This document shows, piece after piece, positions 11,454 to 28,400 of a stretch of DNA of 64,000 bases. The translations under genes and the position numbers were made by a program. Numbering within the stretch: position 1 is the first letter of the stretch; each line of letters begins with the position of its first letter. The stretch comes from the human T2T-CHM13v2.0 reference genome, Homo sapiens. Below the pieces are notes generated by a model. That model worked only from the letters and a program-made list of their open reading frames with translations. It did not search any database and was not told where the DNA came from. The stretch lies in assembly GCF_009914755.1 (NCBI RefSeq), contig NC_060935.1; one strand, written 5' to 3'.

Positions 11454-14035
11454 TGATATGGTTTAGCTCTGTGTCCCCACCCAAATCTCATCTTGAATTC
11501 TATTCCCATAATTACCATGTGTTGTAGGAGGGACCCAGTGGGAGATAATTTGAATTATGGGGGCAGTTTCCCCCATACTGTTCTTGTGGTAGCGAATAAG
11601 TCTCACGAGATCTTTCATCTCATTTTCTCTTGCCACCACCGTGTAAGAGGTACCTTTTGCCTCCTGCCGTGAATCTGAGGCCTCCCCAGCCATGTGGAAC
11701 GCTAAGCCCAATTAACTCTCTTTTTTCTTCCCAGTCTCAGTTATGTCTTTATCAGCAGCGTGAAAATGGACTAATAGAGTAAATTGGTACCAATAGAGCG
11801 GGGCGTTGCTGAAAAGATACCTGAAAATGTGGAAGCGACTTTGGAACTGGGTAACAAGCAGAGGTTGGAACAGTTTGGAGGGCTCACAAGAAGACAGGGA
11901 AATGTGGGAAAGTTTGGAACTTCCTAGAGAGTTGTTGAATGGCTTTGACAAAAATGCTGATAGTGATATGAACAATAAGGTCCAGACTGAGGTGGTCTCA
12001 TATGGAGATGAGGAAGTTGTTGGAAACTGGCGCAAAGGTGACTCTTGTTATGTTTTCGCAAAAAGACTGGTGGCATTTTGCCCCTGCCCTAGAAATTTTT
12101 GGAACTTTGAACTTGAGAGAGATGATTTAGGGTATCTAGTGGAAAAAAATTTCTAAGCAGCAAAGTGTTCAAAAGGTGACTTGGGTGCCATTAAAAGCAT
12201 TTAGTTTTGGATGCGCACGGTGGCTCATGCCTGTAATCCCGGCACTTTGGGAGGCCAAGGTGGGCGGATTATGAGGTCAGGAGTTGGAGACTAGCCTGGC
12301 CAACATAGTGAAACCCCCGTCTCTACTAAAAATACAAAAATTAGCTGGGCTTGTTGTCAGATGCCTGTAATCTCAGCTACTTGGGAGGCTGAAGCAAGAG
12401 AATCGCTTGAAGGTGGGAGACAGAGGTTGCAGTGAGCCAAGATCATGCCACTGCTCTCCAGCCAGGGTGAGAGAGCGAGACTCTGTCTCAAAAAAGAAAA
12501 AAAAAAAAAGCATTTAGTTTTAAAAGGCAAACAGAACATGAAAGTTTGGAAAATTTGCAGCCTCACAATGTGATAGAAAAGAAAAACCCATTTTTCTGAG
12601 GAGAAATTCAAGCCGTCTGCATAAATTTGCATAAGGGGAGCCGAATGTTAATCCCCAGGACAATGGGGAAAATATCTCCAAGGCTTGTCAGAGGTCTTCA
12701 CAGCAGGGCCTCCCATCACAGGCCCAGAGGTCTAGGAGAACATGGTTTCCTTGGTCAGCCCAGTGTCCCTGTGCTGTGTGCAGCCTAGGAACTTGGTGCC
12801 CTGTGCCCCAGCCACTCCAGCCATGGCTGAAAGGGGCCAACGTAGAGCTCGGGCCTTGGCTTCAGAGGGTGTAAGCCGCAAGCCTTGACAGCTGCCACAT
12901 GGTGTTGAGCCTGTGAGTGCACAGAAGTCAAGAACTAAAGTTTGAGAACCTCCACCTAGATTTCAGAAGATGTATTGAAATGCCTGGATGCCCAGGCATA
13001 AGTTTGCTGCAGGGGCGGGGTACTCATGGAGAACCTCTGCTAGGCAGTGCAGAAGAGAAATGTGGGGTTGGAGCCCCTACACAGAGTCCCTACTGGGGCA
13101 CTGCCTAGTGGAGCTGTGAGAAGAGGGCCACCATCCTCCAGACCCCAGAATGGTAGATCACCGACAGCTTGCACCATGCACTTGGAAAAGTCACAGACAC
13201 TCAATGGCAGCCCATGAAGGCAGCTGGTAGGGAGGCTATACCCTGCAAAGCCACAAGGGCAGAGCTGCCCAAGACCATGGGAACCCACCTCTTGCATCAG
13301 CATGACCCAGATTTGAGACATGGCATCAAAGGACATCATTTTGGAGCTTTAAGATTTGACTGCCCTGCTGGATTTCAGACTTTCATGGGGCTGGTAGCCC
13401 CTTTGTTTTGGCCAATTTCCCCCATTTGGAATGGCTGTATTTACCCATGTCACACAGGTAGAACTCAGTGTGCCTGTACCCCCATTGTATCTAGGAAGTA
13501 ACTAAATTGCTTTTGATTTTACAGGCTCATAGGTGGAAGGGACTTGTCTTGTCTCAGATAAGACTTTGGACTGTGGACTTCTGCGTTAATGCTGAAATAA
13601 GTTAAGACTTTGGGGGACTGTTGGGAAGGCATGATTGGTTTTGAAATGTGAGGACTTGAGATTTAAAGGGGACAAGGGCAGAAAGATGGTTTGGCTCTGT
13701 GTCCCCATGCAAATCTCATCTTGAATTTTACTCGCATAATCCCATGTGTTGTGGGAGGGACCTGGTGGGAGATAATTTGAATCATGGAGGTGGTTTCCCC
13801 CATGCTATTCTCATGGTCGTGAATAAGGCTCACAAGATCTGATGGTTTTATCAGGGGTTTCCGCTTTGGCATCTTCCTCATTTTCTCTTGCTACCACCAT
13901 GTAAGAAGTGCCATTGCCTCCCGCCATGATTCTGAGGCCTCCCCAGCCATGTGGAACTGTTAAGTCCAATTAAACCTCTTTTTCTTGCCAGTCTCGGTTA
14001 TGTCTTTGTCAGCAGTGTCAAAACAGACTAATACA
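11454..14035 (+). mobile_element. Full-length THE1A (ERVL-MaLR) provirus: 5'LTR 11454-11778, internal region, 3'LTR ~13684-14035
   Basis: LTR termini TGATATGGTTT...GACTAATA(C/G)A. Polypurine tract before the 3'LTR. Internal ORF remnant (RGWNSLEGS..DREMWESLELPRELLNGFD). Degenerate 5-bp TSD gatgt/ggtgc. Confidence 0.92.
12209..12505 (+). mobile_element. AluS (AluSg-like) inserted in the THE1A internal region
   Basis: Dimeric Alu with A tail; perfect 16-bp TSD AAAAGCATTTAGTTTT at 12193-12208 and 12506-12521. Confidence 0.97.
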
Positions 14036-14452
14036 GGTGCCTTTTTTTTTAAGAAGTATCTATTCATGTCTTTGGCCCACTTTTTCATGGAGTTACTTGT
14101 TCTTTGCTTGTTGAATTGTTCAAGTTTGTTATCGATTCCAGATGTTAGACCTTTGTCAGATGCATAGTTTGCAAATATTTTCTCCCACTTTGCAGGCTGT
14201 TTACTCGGTGGATAGTTTATTTTGCTGTACAGAAGCTCTTTTTTAATTATTATACTTTAAGTTCTAGGGTACATGTGCATAAGGTACAGGTTTGTTACAT
14301 ATATATACATGTGCCATGTTGGTGTGCTGCACCCATTAACTCGTCATTTACATTAGATATATCTCCCAGTGCTATCCCTCCCCTCTCCCCCTACCCCACA
14401 ACAGGCCCCGGTGTGTGGTGTTCCCCACCCTGTGTCCAAGCATTCTCATTGT

Positions 14453-18258
<3,806 letters not shown>

Positions 18259-18320
18259 TATGATGTTAGCTGGTTATTTTGCTCGTTAGTTGATGCATTT
18301 CTTCCTAGCATCGATGGTCT

Positions 18321-19348
18321 TTACAATTTGGCATGTTTTTGCAGTGGCTGGTACCATAGGTTGTTCCTTTCCATGTTTAATGCTTCCTTCAGGAGCTCTT
18401 GTAAGGCAGGCCTGGTGGTGACAAAATCTCTCAGCATTTGCTTCTCTGTAAAGGATTTTATTTCTCCTTCACTTATGAAGCTTAGTTTGGCTGGATATGA
18501 AATTCTGGGTTGAAAATTCTTTTCTTTTAGAATTTTGAATATTGGCCCCCACTCTCTTCTGGCTTGTAGGGTTTCTGCCCAGAGATCCACTGTTAGTCTG
18601 ATGGGCTTCCCTTTGTGGGTAACCCGACCTTTCTCTCTGGCTGCCCTTAACATTTTTTCCTTCATTTCAGCTTTGGTGAGTCTGACAATTATGTGTCTTG
18701 GAGTTGCTGTTCTCAAGGAGTATCTTTGTGGCATTCTCTGTATTTCCTGAGTTTGAATGTTGGCCTGCCTTGCTAGGCTGGGGAAGTTCTCCTGGATAAA
18801 ATCCTGAAGAGTGTTTTCCAACTTGGTTCCATTCTCCCCATCACTTTGAGGTACACCAATCAGATGTAGATTTGGTCTTTTCACATAGTCCCATATTTCT
18901 TGGAGGCTTTGTTCGTTTCTTTTTACTCTTTTTTCTCTAAACTTCTCTTCTGGCTTCATTTCATTCATTTCATCCTCGATCACTGATACCCTTTCTTCCA
19001 CTTGATCAAATCAGCTACTGAACCTGGTGCATTTGTCACGTAGTTTTCGTGCCGTGGTTTTCAGCTCCATCAGGTCATTTAAGGTGTTCTCTACACTATT
19101 TATTCAGTTAGTCATTCATCTAACCTTTTTTCAAGGTTTTTAGCTTCTTTGCGATGGGTTCAAACATCCTCCTTTAGCTCAGAGAAGTTTGTTATTACCA
19201 ATCGTCTGAAGCCTTCTTCTCTCAAGTCGTCAAAGTCATTCTCCATCCAGCTTTGTTCTGTTGCTGGCAAGTAGCTGCGTTCCTTTAGAGGAGAAGAGGT
19301 GCTCTAATTTTTAGAATTTTTCGATTTTCTGCTCTGGTTTCTCCCCAT
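18321..19348 (-). pseudogene. L1 ORF1p, disrupted (C-terminal 226 aa still open)
   Basis: ATG at 19348; open frame 18321-19001 carries EIWDYVKRPNL, ARREW and YPAKLS motifs. Confidence 0.9.
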
Positions 19349-21604
19349 CTTTGTGGTTTTATCTACCTGTAGTCTTTGATGATGGTGACGTACAGATGGG
19401 GTTTTGTTGTGGATGTCCTTTCTGTTTGTTAGTTCTCCTTCTAACAGTCAGGACCCTCAGCTGCAGGTCTGTTGGAATTTGCTGGAGGTCCACTCCAGTC
19501 CCTGTTTGCCTGGGTATCACCAGTGGAGGCTGCAGAATGGCAAATGTTGCTGCCTGATCCTTCCTTTGGAAGCTTCATCTCAGAGGGGCACCTGGCTGTA
19601 TGAGGTGTCGGTCAGCCCCCTATTGGGAGTTCTCTACCAGTTAGGCTGCTCAGGGGTCAGAGACCCACTTGAGGAGGCAGTCTGTCCATTCTCAGATCTC
19701 AAACGCCGTTGTGGGAGAACCACTACTCTCTTCAAAGCTGTCAGACAGGGACACTTAAGTCTGCTTGTTTCTGCTGCCTTTTGTTCAGCTATGCCCTGCC
19801 CCCAGAGGTGGAGTCTACAGAGGCAGGCAGGCCTCCTTGAGCTGCAGTGGGCTCTACCCAGTTCGAGCTTCCCAGCTGCTTTGTTTGCCACTCAAGCCTC
19901 AGCAAGTGGATGCCCTCCCCCAGCCTTGCTGCCACCTTGCAATTCGATCTCTGACTGCTGTGCTTGCTAGCAGTGAGCGAGGCTCCGTGGGCATGGGACC
20001 CTCTGAGCCAGGCACGGGATATTATCTCCTGGTGTGCCATTTGCTAAGACCGTTGGAAAAGCGCAGTATTAGGGTGCAAGTGTCCCGATTTTCCAGGTAC
20101 CATCTGTCATGTCTTCCCTTGGCTAGGAAAGGGAATTCCCTGACCCCTTGTGCTCCCTGGGTGAGGCAATGCCCCACCCTGCTTCAGCTCACACTCCGTG
20201 AGCTGCACCCACTGTCCGACAAGCCCCAGTGAGATGAACCTGGTACCTCAGTTGGAAATGCAGAAATCACCCGTCTTCTATTGCTCACGCTGGGAGCTGT
20301 AGACTGGAGCTGTTCCTATTCAGCCATCCCCTCCTCTCCCATCTTATCTGTCCAAAAGCTCTTTAGTTTAATTATTAATAGATCCCACTTCTCATTCTTG
20401 TTGCAATTGCTTTTGAGGGCTTAGTCATTAATTCTTTGCCAAGACCGATGTCCAGGATGGTGTTTCCTAGGCATTTTTCTAGGAGTCTTAGAGTTTGGGG
20501 TCTTGTGTTTAAATCTTTAATCTGAGTTTTTTTTTGTATATGGTAAAAGGTAGGTATCCAATTTCATTCTTCTGTATATGGCTAGTGAGCTATCCCAACA
20601 CCATTTATTGAATAGGGAGATCTTTCCCCTTTGCCTATTTTTTTTTTTTTTTTTTACTTTGTCAAAGATCAGATGGCTATAGGTGTGCAGCTTTATTTCT
20701 GGGTTCTCTATTCTGTTCCATTGATCGGTATGTCTGTTTCAGTATCATTACCATACTGTTTTGGTTACTATAGCCTTATAGTATAGTTTGAAGTCAGGTA
20801 ATATGATGCCTCCAGCTTTGTTCTTTTTGCTTAGGATTGCTTTAGCTATCTGGGCTCCTTTTTGGTTATATACTAATTTTAGAATAGTTTTTTTTTAAAT
20901 TCTGAGGACCACAGATTATTTTTGATGGCTTTGAATACCTTGCAGGATGAGACCAGAGGAAGTACATGTGGCAGAATCAGCACCCAGAGTTATTTAAAAT
21001 AGATTTATAAGCCTACCTCTGTGGGATAACATCAGCCCCAGTTTAATATAAGTTGATGTAAGGTTAAGAAGAGAAGAATAAATCTCTAATGTCCTTGCAA
21101 GGTAGACTCATGCTTAGTGTTTTGAGAATGTACTCAGGACTTCAGAATTGGCTGTAGGCTAGACTCCCTTATACAGCAGCTTGAGATTATCTCCCTGAAG
21201 AATTTTAACAGTTGCTAAGGTGACTGCTAGAAGCATTGGCCACTTTCTTAGGGATCCTACATTGCTTTTTAGAGCCTTAAGGACAGGCAGAGGGGAACTA
21301 ACAGATATTGTATGCTATCACGGTCTCATTTAATTGTAACACTGATCCTCTGAGAAAATTCACTAAACAGATGACAAACCGAATCTCAGAGAGATAAAGG
21401 AATATGTGCCAATATTCATACATGTTGTAAGTGGCAAGATCAGGACTCTTTCTACAATTCCACATAGCATCTCAAAGCCATCCCCATCACCCCTACACAT
21501 ATTAAATACATAGTACCCATCAGCCCCACCCCCACCCTCAGTCTGAAAAGGAAACTTAAGGCAATCAAAATGGATCGACTCAGTGAACACATGCTGCCTT
21601 CTTT

Positions 21605-21985
21605 CTTTTTATTCATTTTCAACTCTATTTATTAAGCACCTACATTATGCCAGGCACAGCTCTTGGTGCTGAGGATACAGGGTGAACAAATCAGATGAGA
21701 TCCCTTCTGTGGTGGAATTTAACTCTAGTGGGAAGAGCTAGACAAAAAAACTAATAAACCACTAAATGAAGAAAATAATTTTTGATAGTCATGTGAGAAA
21801 GCAAGTGAAACAGTGATTTGGTAGAAAGGGACTGGGGAGAAGAAGCTACTATAGCTACAATGTGGAAAGTGTTCAAAGGGCCAAGGAGGTCACTTTTGAG
21901 CTGAAACCTGACAGAACAAAGGAGCCATCCAAGCAAAAATGAACATGGGGAATGTTATAGGCAAAGGAGCAGGGAGTTCAGACCC
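21605..21985 (-). mobile_element. L2 LINE 3' fragment
   Basis: attcatt...tatttattaagcacctac...tgccaggcac...gctgaggatacag L2 tail signature. Confidence 0.75.
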
Positions 21986-22734
21986 CATCAGACCACTTCA
22001 CGTTTTAGCCTTTTTTTTTAATGTAATGTGCATAACAGTGAAGCATGTTTCTGATTTATAATCTGAATGATATGGTATTATTCGGCATTATTATTTTTCT
22101 AGGTATTTTGGCAGCGGGGCTAGTAATCTTACTTCAAGAAGGCTGTGATCTGCACAAGTCCCAGAGACAAGCTGGCTTTGTAGGAGGAGAGAGAACATGC
22201 GAGTTTACATTTGTTTGCTGAGAGAACCACATACTTTAGGCTCAGCCTGAGGAGCGACTCACTGTATTCAGGGATGGTCAGGATCCAGATATGCCAGAGT
22301 CAGTGGGAAGCCTCCAGATCCCTAGTCACACAGATAGAACTTAGGCACCTCGGAAGCAAGCTGCTGGATTATGTGAACATTTGTTTTAGTGCCAAATGGG
22401 ACTTTTCCCAAGATGTCTTTGGTTATCATGAAGAGTAAATTCTAAAACAAGGAAGGAAATAAAGTTATTTTTGTGTAGATAAGAATAGACTAAATATGTG
22501 GCATAGAATAATTGAGAGAGCCAGGAGTAGGAGAATGTTATGACCTCGAACATGGATCAAGTGGAATAACTTTTAAAATGATAAAAGTCACTGCCTAGAC
22601 CTATGCTTTTCCAACCTAGAACCTCTGAAAGCAGTAACGGGAACTAGAAAGCTGTTTGTAGTGTTTTAAAGATAAAAGTGAATGATAAGGCCACATAGGC
22701 TATCCTTTACTTCATGCCCTTTCAGATCATTCTT

Positions 22735-23095
22735 TCATCTTTCAGTATTTCAACAAATCGTTAATGAGTTATCTACTGTGTACCAGGTGCCATGCCAAGT
22801 GCTAAGAAATTGTATAAATGGCTCAAGTAAGGATCCTTGCTGTTGATACATTTTAACCATCTAATGTGGCAAAGAGACAAGTAAATGGATAATTTTAAAA
22901 CAATATTACATGTACTGATAGAGGGGTTTATGGAGTACTTTGTGAAGTCCAGCGGGTGGGGGGAATCCTAATCCAGCTGGGGTAGGATCTTGGAAAACTT
23001 CCTAGAGGAGACATTGCTAAATCTCAGTCTTAAAGGACATATATAAATTAGCCAGTTGGATCCAAGGGAATGAAATTCTTGGCAGAGGAAAGATC
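22735..23095 (-). mobile_element. L2 LINE 3' fragment
   Basis: ttcaacaaat...ctactgtgtaccagg signature. Confidence 0.6.
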
Positions 23096-23142
23096 CTATA
23101 CTTATGTATAGGGCTTTTAATTCTCCAGAGTACTTACTCATT

Positions 23143-23640
23143 GTATTAGTTAGAATTGTGTTCTGTTTTGAGGAACAGAAAACTCTGGTATCAGTAGAAT
23201 AAGTAAATAAAGGTATGTTTGTTTCACAGAATAAATTTGGAGATGAGTGACATCTGGCTTTGGTTTAGTGGCTAATGATGTCAGGACTGCCATGTGTCTC
23301 TGAGATTCCCTGGACATTTCCTTCATGCTTGTTGCCTTATGATTGAAAAAGAGCTGCAGCTTTGGGTATTATACCCATGTTCAATCATGAGGGAGGGGTC
23401 AGAAGAAGCACCATGTCTCTATTAATCAGGAAAGTAAACACTTTCCCAAGGAGCACCCCACCACCACCACCAAACCAGAAGACTTATCCTTCTGTGTCAT
23501 ATGCTCAAGTAAAGCTACATGCCACTCCTAACTGCAGTGTAGGCTAGATACACAAATACTTAACTCTTCTCCGGAGTAGAAGTTAGCAAGGAGAGTGAGT
23601 TGGGAATGACTAAGTCAGCCAATCAGTAGTATCTGCCAAA
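23143..23640. mobile_element. Old MLT1 (J/K-like) MaLR solo LTR
   Basis: Starts tgtattagttag...aacagaaaactc and ends agtatctgccaaa. Confidence 0.55.
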
Positions 23641-25357
23641 TATATAATTTCATTTGCCTCCTTATAATAAGTTTGTGAGGTAGAAAGAGTGGGTGTTATT
23701 AGCTCCACTTTACAGAAGAAGGAACATTTGGAGAGCCAGGTGATACCTAAAATCACAAAGCTGAACATTTATTCACTGATAACAAAAACAAAAGCTCATA
23801 TTGGTTGTAGGTATGCTTGTTACACACCAGACTCTATGCTAAGTGCTTTACATATGTTCTCTCATTTCCTTCCCATGCAGTCCTGTAAGGTAGGCTGTCC
23901 TCATTTTATAGAGGTATCTGAGTAACACATCTGAGGTATAAGGAGATATTGACATAAGTTCCCCAGGATCACAAAGCTAGTATATAGCAGAGCCCTCAGG
24001 ATTCAAACTTCATTTCTCCAGAATGTCAGCCTGATGCTCTTCTTGCCTCACCTCCCTTTGATTTAAATGATCAAAATGTTCTCCCTGTAGATCCAGCGAA
24101 TGTACCACCTCACTGATGTTGCCCAGAGCCCTTGAAGCCACTCTATACCCCTGTTACTTCTTTTAATTTATGTGACCCACTCCTGTTTCTTCATTATTGC
24201 TTTTATGGACATAGAATCCAGCAACACATTATTTCAAATGTGCTGCCATTATGAATACATTTTCTTTCATTGTAATAGCACCAACCATAATGAATACATT
24301 TTGTATCCATGCAGATGTCACTGGTATTTTCAGTGCTTCATTCTAATTTATGCTGGAAAATGAATACTTAAAGTATTGCCCAGGCTCCCATTACTCCAGA
24401 GGAAATTAGGGACGCCTTGTGTGTGTGCATATGTTTTTGTGTTCATGTAGCAGATAGAATGTTTTGGTCAGAATGAATTGTGTGCGTGAAATGAGAGCCT
24501 AGCCCCTTCCTGGAAGGGCACTTTGGAGGTAATTCACTATGCCTATCAGTGAACCTGTGCAAGCAGGTTTCTTTGTGAGTGGGTGTTTGGGGCACAAATT
24601 ATAGTCAGATTTTGTTAGAAGTGAAAGAGGGAAAGCCCTACTGATTGAGGGATACACGTTTTGGGGTGCCCCAAGGTCTTCTGGCCATCTTATATACAGC
24701 CAGCAAAGGTTGCAGATGTACTTGGTGGCAGCAGTCACCCCATCTATCAGCCTCACACTGACGTGGCCTTCAATGTTGAGGGTGAACAGTGAGACAGAGG
24801 CCTACTGGGGAGCAGAATGTGCTAGGCTTGTGGTTAATTATGTGAACTCACCTTTATGGCAAGTGTTGGTTCATGACGTAGAAGATAATAGTCAAAGACT
24901 CTGAAACTATGGATAAGGGCAGGAGTACTCAGCTATCCAAGAAATGACCTCTCTTATGTTTGAAACAATATGTAGGCCAGAATGCTCCAGACATTCAGCC
25001 TGTCTGTAGGGGATTCTCGAAGTGATATACTTTCAGATACATCTGTGCCAAAAATACTATTTCTGAGGCTTGAGATCTGAGCAGCTAAAGGGTAAGATAA
25101 CTTGTAAGATCCATTATTACGAATTTTTATTCAAGGGTTCTGTGTATTAAAAGAAGGAGAAGTGGTGGTTTTACAGAATATAAGAGTATTCTAAGTTTCT
25201 TTAAAATACTACATTTTTATACCATACCTATTTAAATCTTTTAAATATTCAGAAGTTGCCTCTTAATAAAAATTGTCTACTTCTTTTAGGATTACTGACT
25301 CCATAATTTCAAGGCAAATCAAAGAAGGAATAGTGATTGCAAACTGAATTTAGAATG

Positions 25358-25427
25358 GGTGTGTATTTATGTATGTATATATGTATATGTATGTGTGTAT
25401 ACACACATATACAACATGCATATATAG
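25358..25427. repeat. Imperfect (TA/TG/CA)n microsatellite
   Basis: Directly visible. Confidence 0.85.
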
Positions 25428-28400
25428 ATTAAGGGGTTTGGAAATGTTTATTTTGCCTCTAACACAAAAGGGCAAGAACCATTCTAAAACTTGGCTTGGG
25501 GAGAAGCAAAATTTCTCTCTATATCTTTAAGTGATCTTAAATTTTGCCAGGTTTTTATTGCTGAAAATCTAGGAACAAAAAACTAGGTTGTAGAATTTCA
25601 GTATCTTTTATTTTCTGTTTCATAATGAGTACTTTTCCCTCTTGCAGTCTCTCAAGCCTTAATTTTTACATGGTGCATCACCTGACTCTTATGTCAATAC
25701 CTGAAAGACAGATTTGAAAGAACTAGTTATCTCAAATCTATCTAGAAATAGAGCCTAGATAAGACCAGTGCAATAACCTTAAAGAAGGTATTGTTCTTTG
25801 CTTCTTTCACCCCAAAAAGCTACAAATACTTGTCCTGTACTGACTGAAATGTTTACTATTTTACAGGAAATTCTATAGAACCAAGTATACTGCTTGAGGG
25901 GATTAATTAAAACACAAATGAATTTAGCTCTGAATTGAATCTGACTTCCATATTCTCCATTTTTGCAGATTCAAATAGCAGTAATGTTTGCTGTATCGCC
26001 TAAAAGAAAACAGCAAGCGGCAAAAACCTTCAGAGCTCTGCTTGTCTGAGGAGATGGCCCCACTGTTGACCATTTCCTCAGGGGTGGTGATTCAAAGCAC
26101 ATTTTATATTTGCCCTGGGGCAAGAATAGCCTTGCTTCAACCTAGAAGCCTTTTTGAAAGGGGTGCAGAAAGAAGAATGGATAGAAGGTGCCTTCTGCAG
26201 CGTTGCCTTCAGGTTTCTGTGGACAGAGCACAAAAGACAGATGCAGTTTACCATCAGAGCAGCTTTGAGTCAGAATTGTAGGAGGCTAAAACCTGAGAAG
26301 AACCTCTGGGTCTCTGCACCCCTATTCGGGTAAGAGTTCAGTCTTTATGGTGGACAGCAGGAGTGGCAACACAGTATCAGCCTGATTCTCCTTCAGTTTG
26401 CTACTTTCAGCTCAGTTAAGCTGGCAGGCAAGCCTGGGAACCAGCCTGAATCCCTCCCTAGGAGCTGCCCATCTTAAGAGAGTTCCTCTAGCAAATGTGC
26501 CTTCAGGGGCCTATATAACTGAAGCAAAGCCATTTGCATCAATTCATCCTACACATGTCTTTTGCCTCCTAAAACGTTCAAGGTTCCCTGCCATATGCAT
26601 ATACTGGATAGTAAAGGTTTCTAGTCTCTCAATTGCTGTGCTTATAAGTCTGCTCTAAGATGATTGAAACCCATGAGAGAGAACCAGCCCCAAAGAGAAT
26701 GTGGCACTTTATTTCCTTAACCTGAGTCATCTGTGCTTTCACTGCCATTCTTTTGTTGTGGTTGTTTTTAGCCATGAAACGAACTCAAGATTTTTTAAAA
26801 ATGTTTTCAACCATAAATAGCTCCTACTGAATGAGAATAAGTTAATACCAAACTTAGGTATTTTCCAAAACTTTTAATTTGAAATAAAACAAGTTACAAC
26901 TATTATTTATAAAATATTACCCTTGTGCCCATTGTAATATTAAGAACTTTAAAAAGGGTTTCTCTTTAGTCTTTAGTAGCATTCACATCTACTCTATTAC
27001 ATAGGTCTTACTGGATGCATTTTACAAATGAGAAAACTAAAACTCAGGAAAATGACTTTCCCAAAGTTACATCATCTGCTTATCTCAGTTCCCAGTCCTT
27101 TCCTTTTAGATGGTTATTGACAACTAGAAGACTGAAGAAAGATTCCATCAAAGACTCCATTGGCTCACTTAAGATAAATAGGTTGACTCTTCTTTTAACC
27201 AGGTGGACAGGAAAAGCCACCACACAATGCACACCACTTACACTACTACCACCTCATTAACCCAGGAGTAACAGCTACTGAGGCCTGGCAAGATTCACAG
27301 TCCCACCCAGCCTTCTTTTTAGTGGGAAGAACATGAGTTTTGCAGCCAGTCACTCCTGAGATCCAAATGTGGTCAAGTCACTGACCCCTCTGAACCTCAT
27401 TTTCCACATCTGTAAAACAGAGAATCATAATGCCTTCTTCACAGAGATGCAGCCCTAATTGGACAAGAGATTATAATGATACCTATTATAATGCATACTC
27501 ATTGAATAAATTTTTTAAAAAACACAGTAATTTTCTCGGTGTTAGCGAAAGGTTTCCCAGGCACCATGAAGTGTTTTGGCTGCAGCAGGAGAGTGGTTGG
27601 CAGATACAGTGTTCTTCAGTTTCCATTTTTCAGGCTCATCCTTTAGAACCAACTTTGCTTTTTATGTCATGTTTTTCCCTCCAAGGTAGGAGGTGGGCTG
27701 ACGCTTTCCCTTCTGCCCTCCCCATCCTATAGCTCTCTGTAAGTATTCTTTCGCCTCCCTTTTGTGATTTCCTTAAGTGCTTTTAATGGTTGCTTGACAC
27801 TAGAAAGATATTCCCAGCAGGCACTCAGTTTGTAATCACTGCTTGTTGCTTGATGTGAACTTGTGGCTGACCTCTGGGAAAGCGGTGTGGGCGGGCATGG
27901 GGACGAGAGGAGGGAGCAAGGCTCTGCTCCAGCAAAGCGAGATGGTGCATCCCTGAGCAGCTGGCTGGCAACTGAAGGGGTGGCTCTGAAGATTGCTGTC
28001 ACGCCTCCTTGCCACCTTGGGTCAGCCAGCGTGTCTGGAAGTATAATCAGTAGTGGGTTATGGTATGGTTAAACAACCATATTCTTAAACACCAGCAAAG
28101 CACAAAAGAAAAACAGGATGATAGAGCAGCTACAGTACATTTCCACAGTGTCTCTGTTATTACCACAAGGCGAATGGAATGCCCTGAGGAGCAGCATGCA
28201 TACAGCTGGAACTAATCATCCCTTATTCCACAGCCTGTGACCTGGGGGCCTAGAATGTCCCCCACTTTTTTTTTAATCCTGTAATTCTGACTGTCTTCAC
28301 CAAGGAGGTGATTGAGGTATTGCAAATGGAAGAAAAATACAAATTCTTTGTATCTTCCTTTTACAAATCTTCTTAGACACATGGCTGCTAATCAGGGCTG

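Noticed and set aside
11730-11750. THE1A LTR promoter spliced to TRIM44 through the usual MaLR donor
   Set aside because: The remembered consensus ctcggGTATGT reads ctc(a/g)gTTATGT in both LTRs, so that donor appears lost. Weaker GTAAGA sites remain but have no support.
11806-12156. 116-aa ORF as a new gene
   Set aside because: It is the known MaLR/THE1 internal ORF remnant, ending just before the Alu insertion.
13772-13785. DUX4 site in the THE1A LTR
   Set aside because: TAATTTGAATCA has one extra base relative to the 11-bp DUX4 motif; the 5'LTR copy is further mutated.
27660-27691. Recursive splice site in the long intron
   Set aside because: AAG|GTAGGA is a weak acceptor/donor pair; I saw no clean polypyrimidine-YAG|GTAAG junction.
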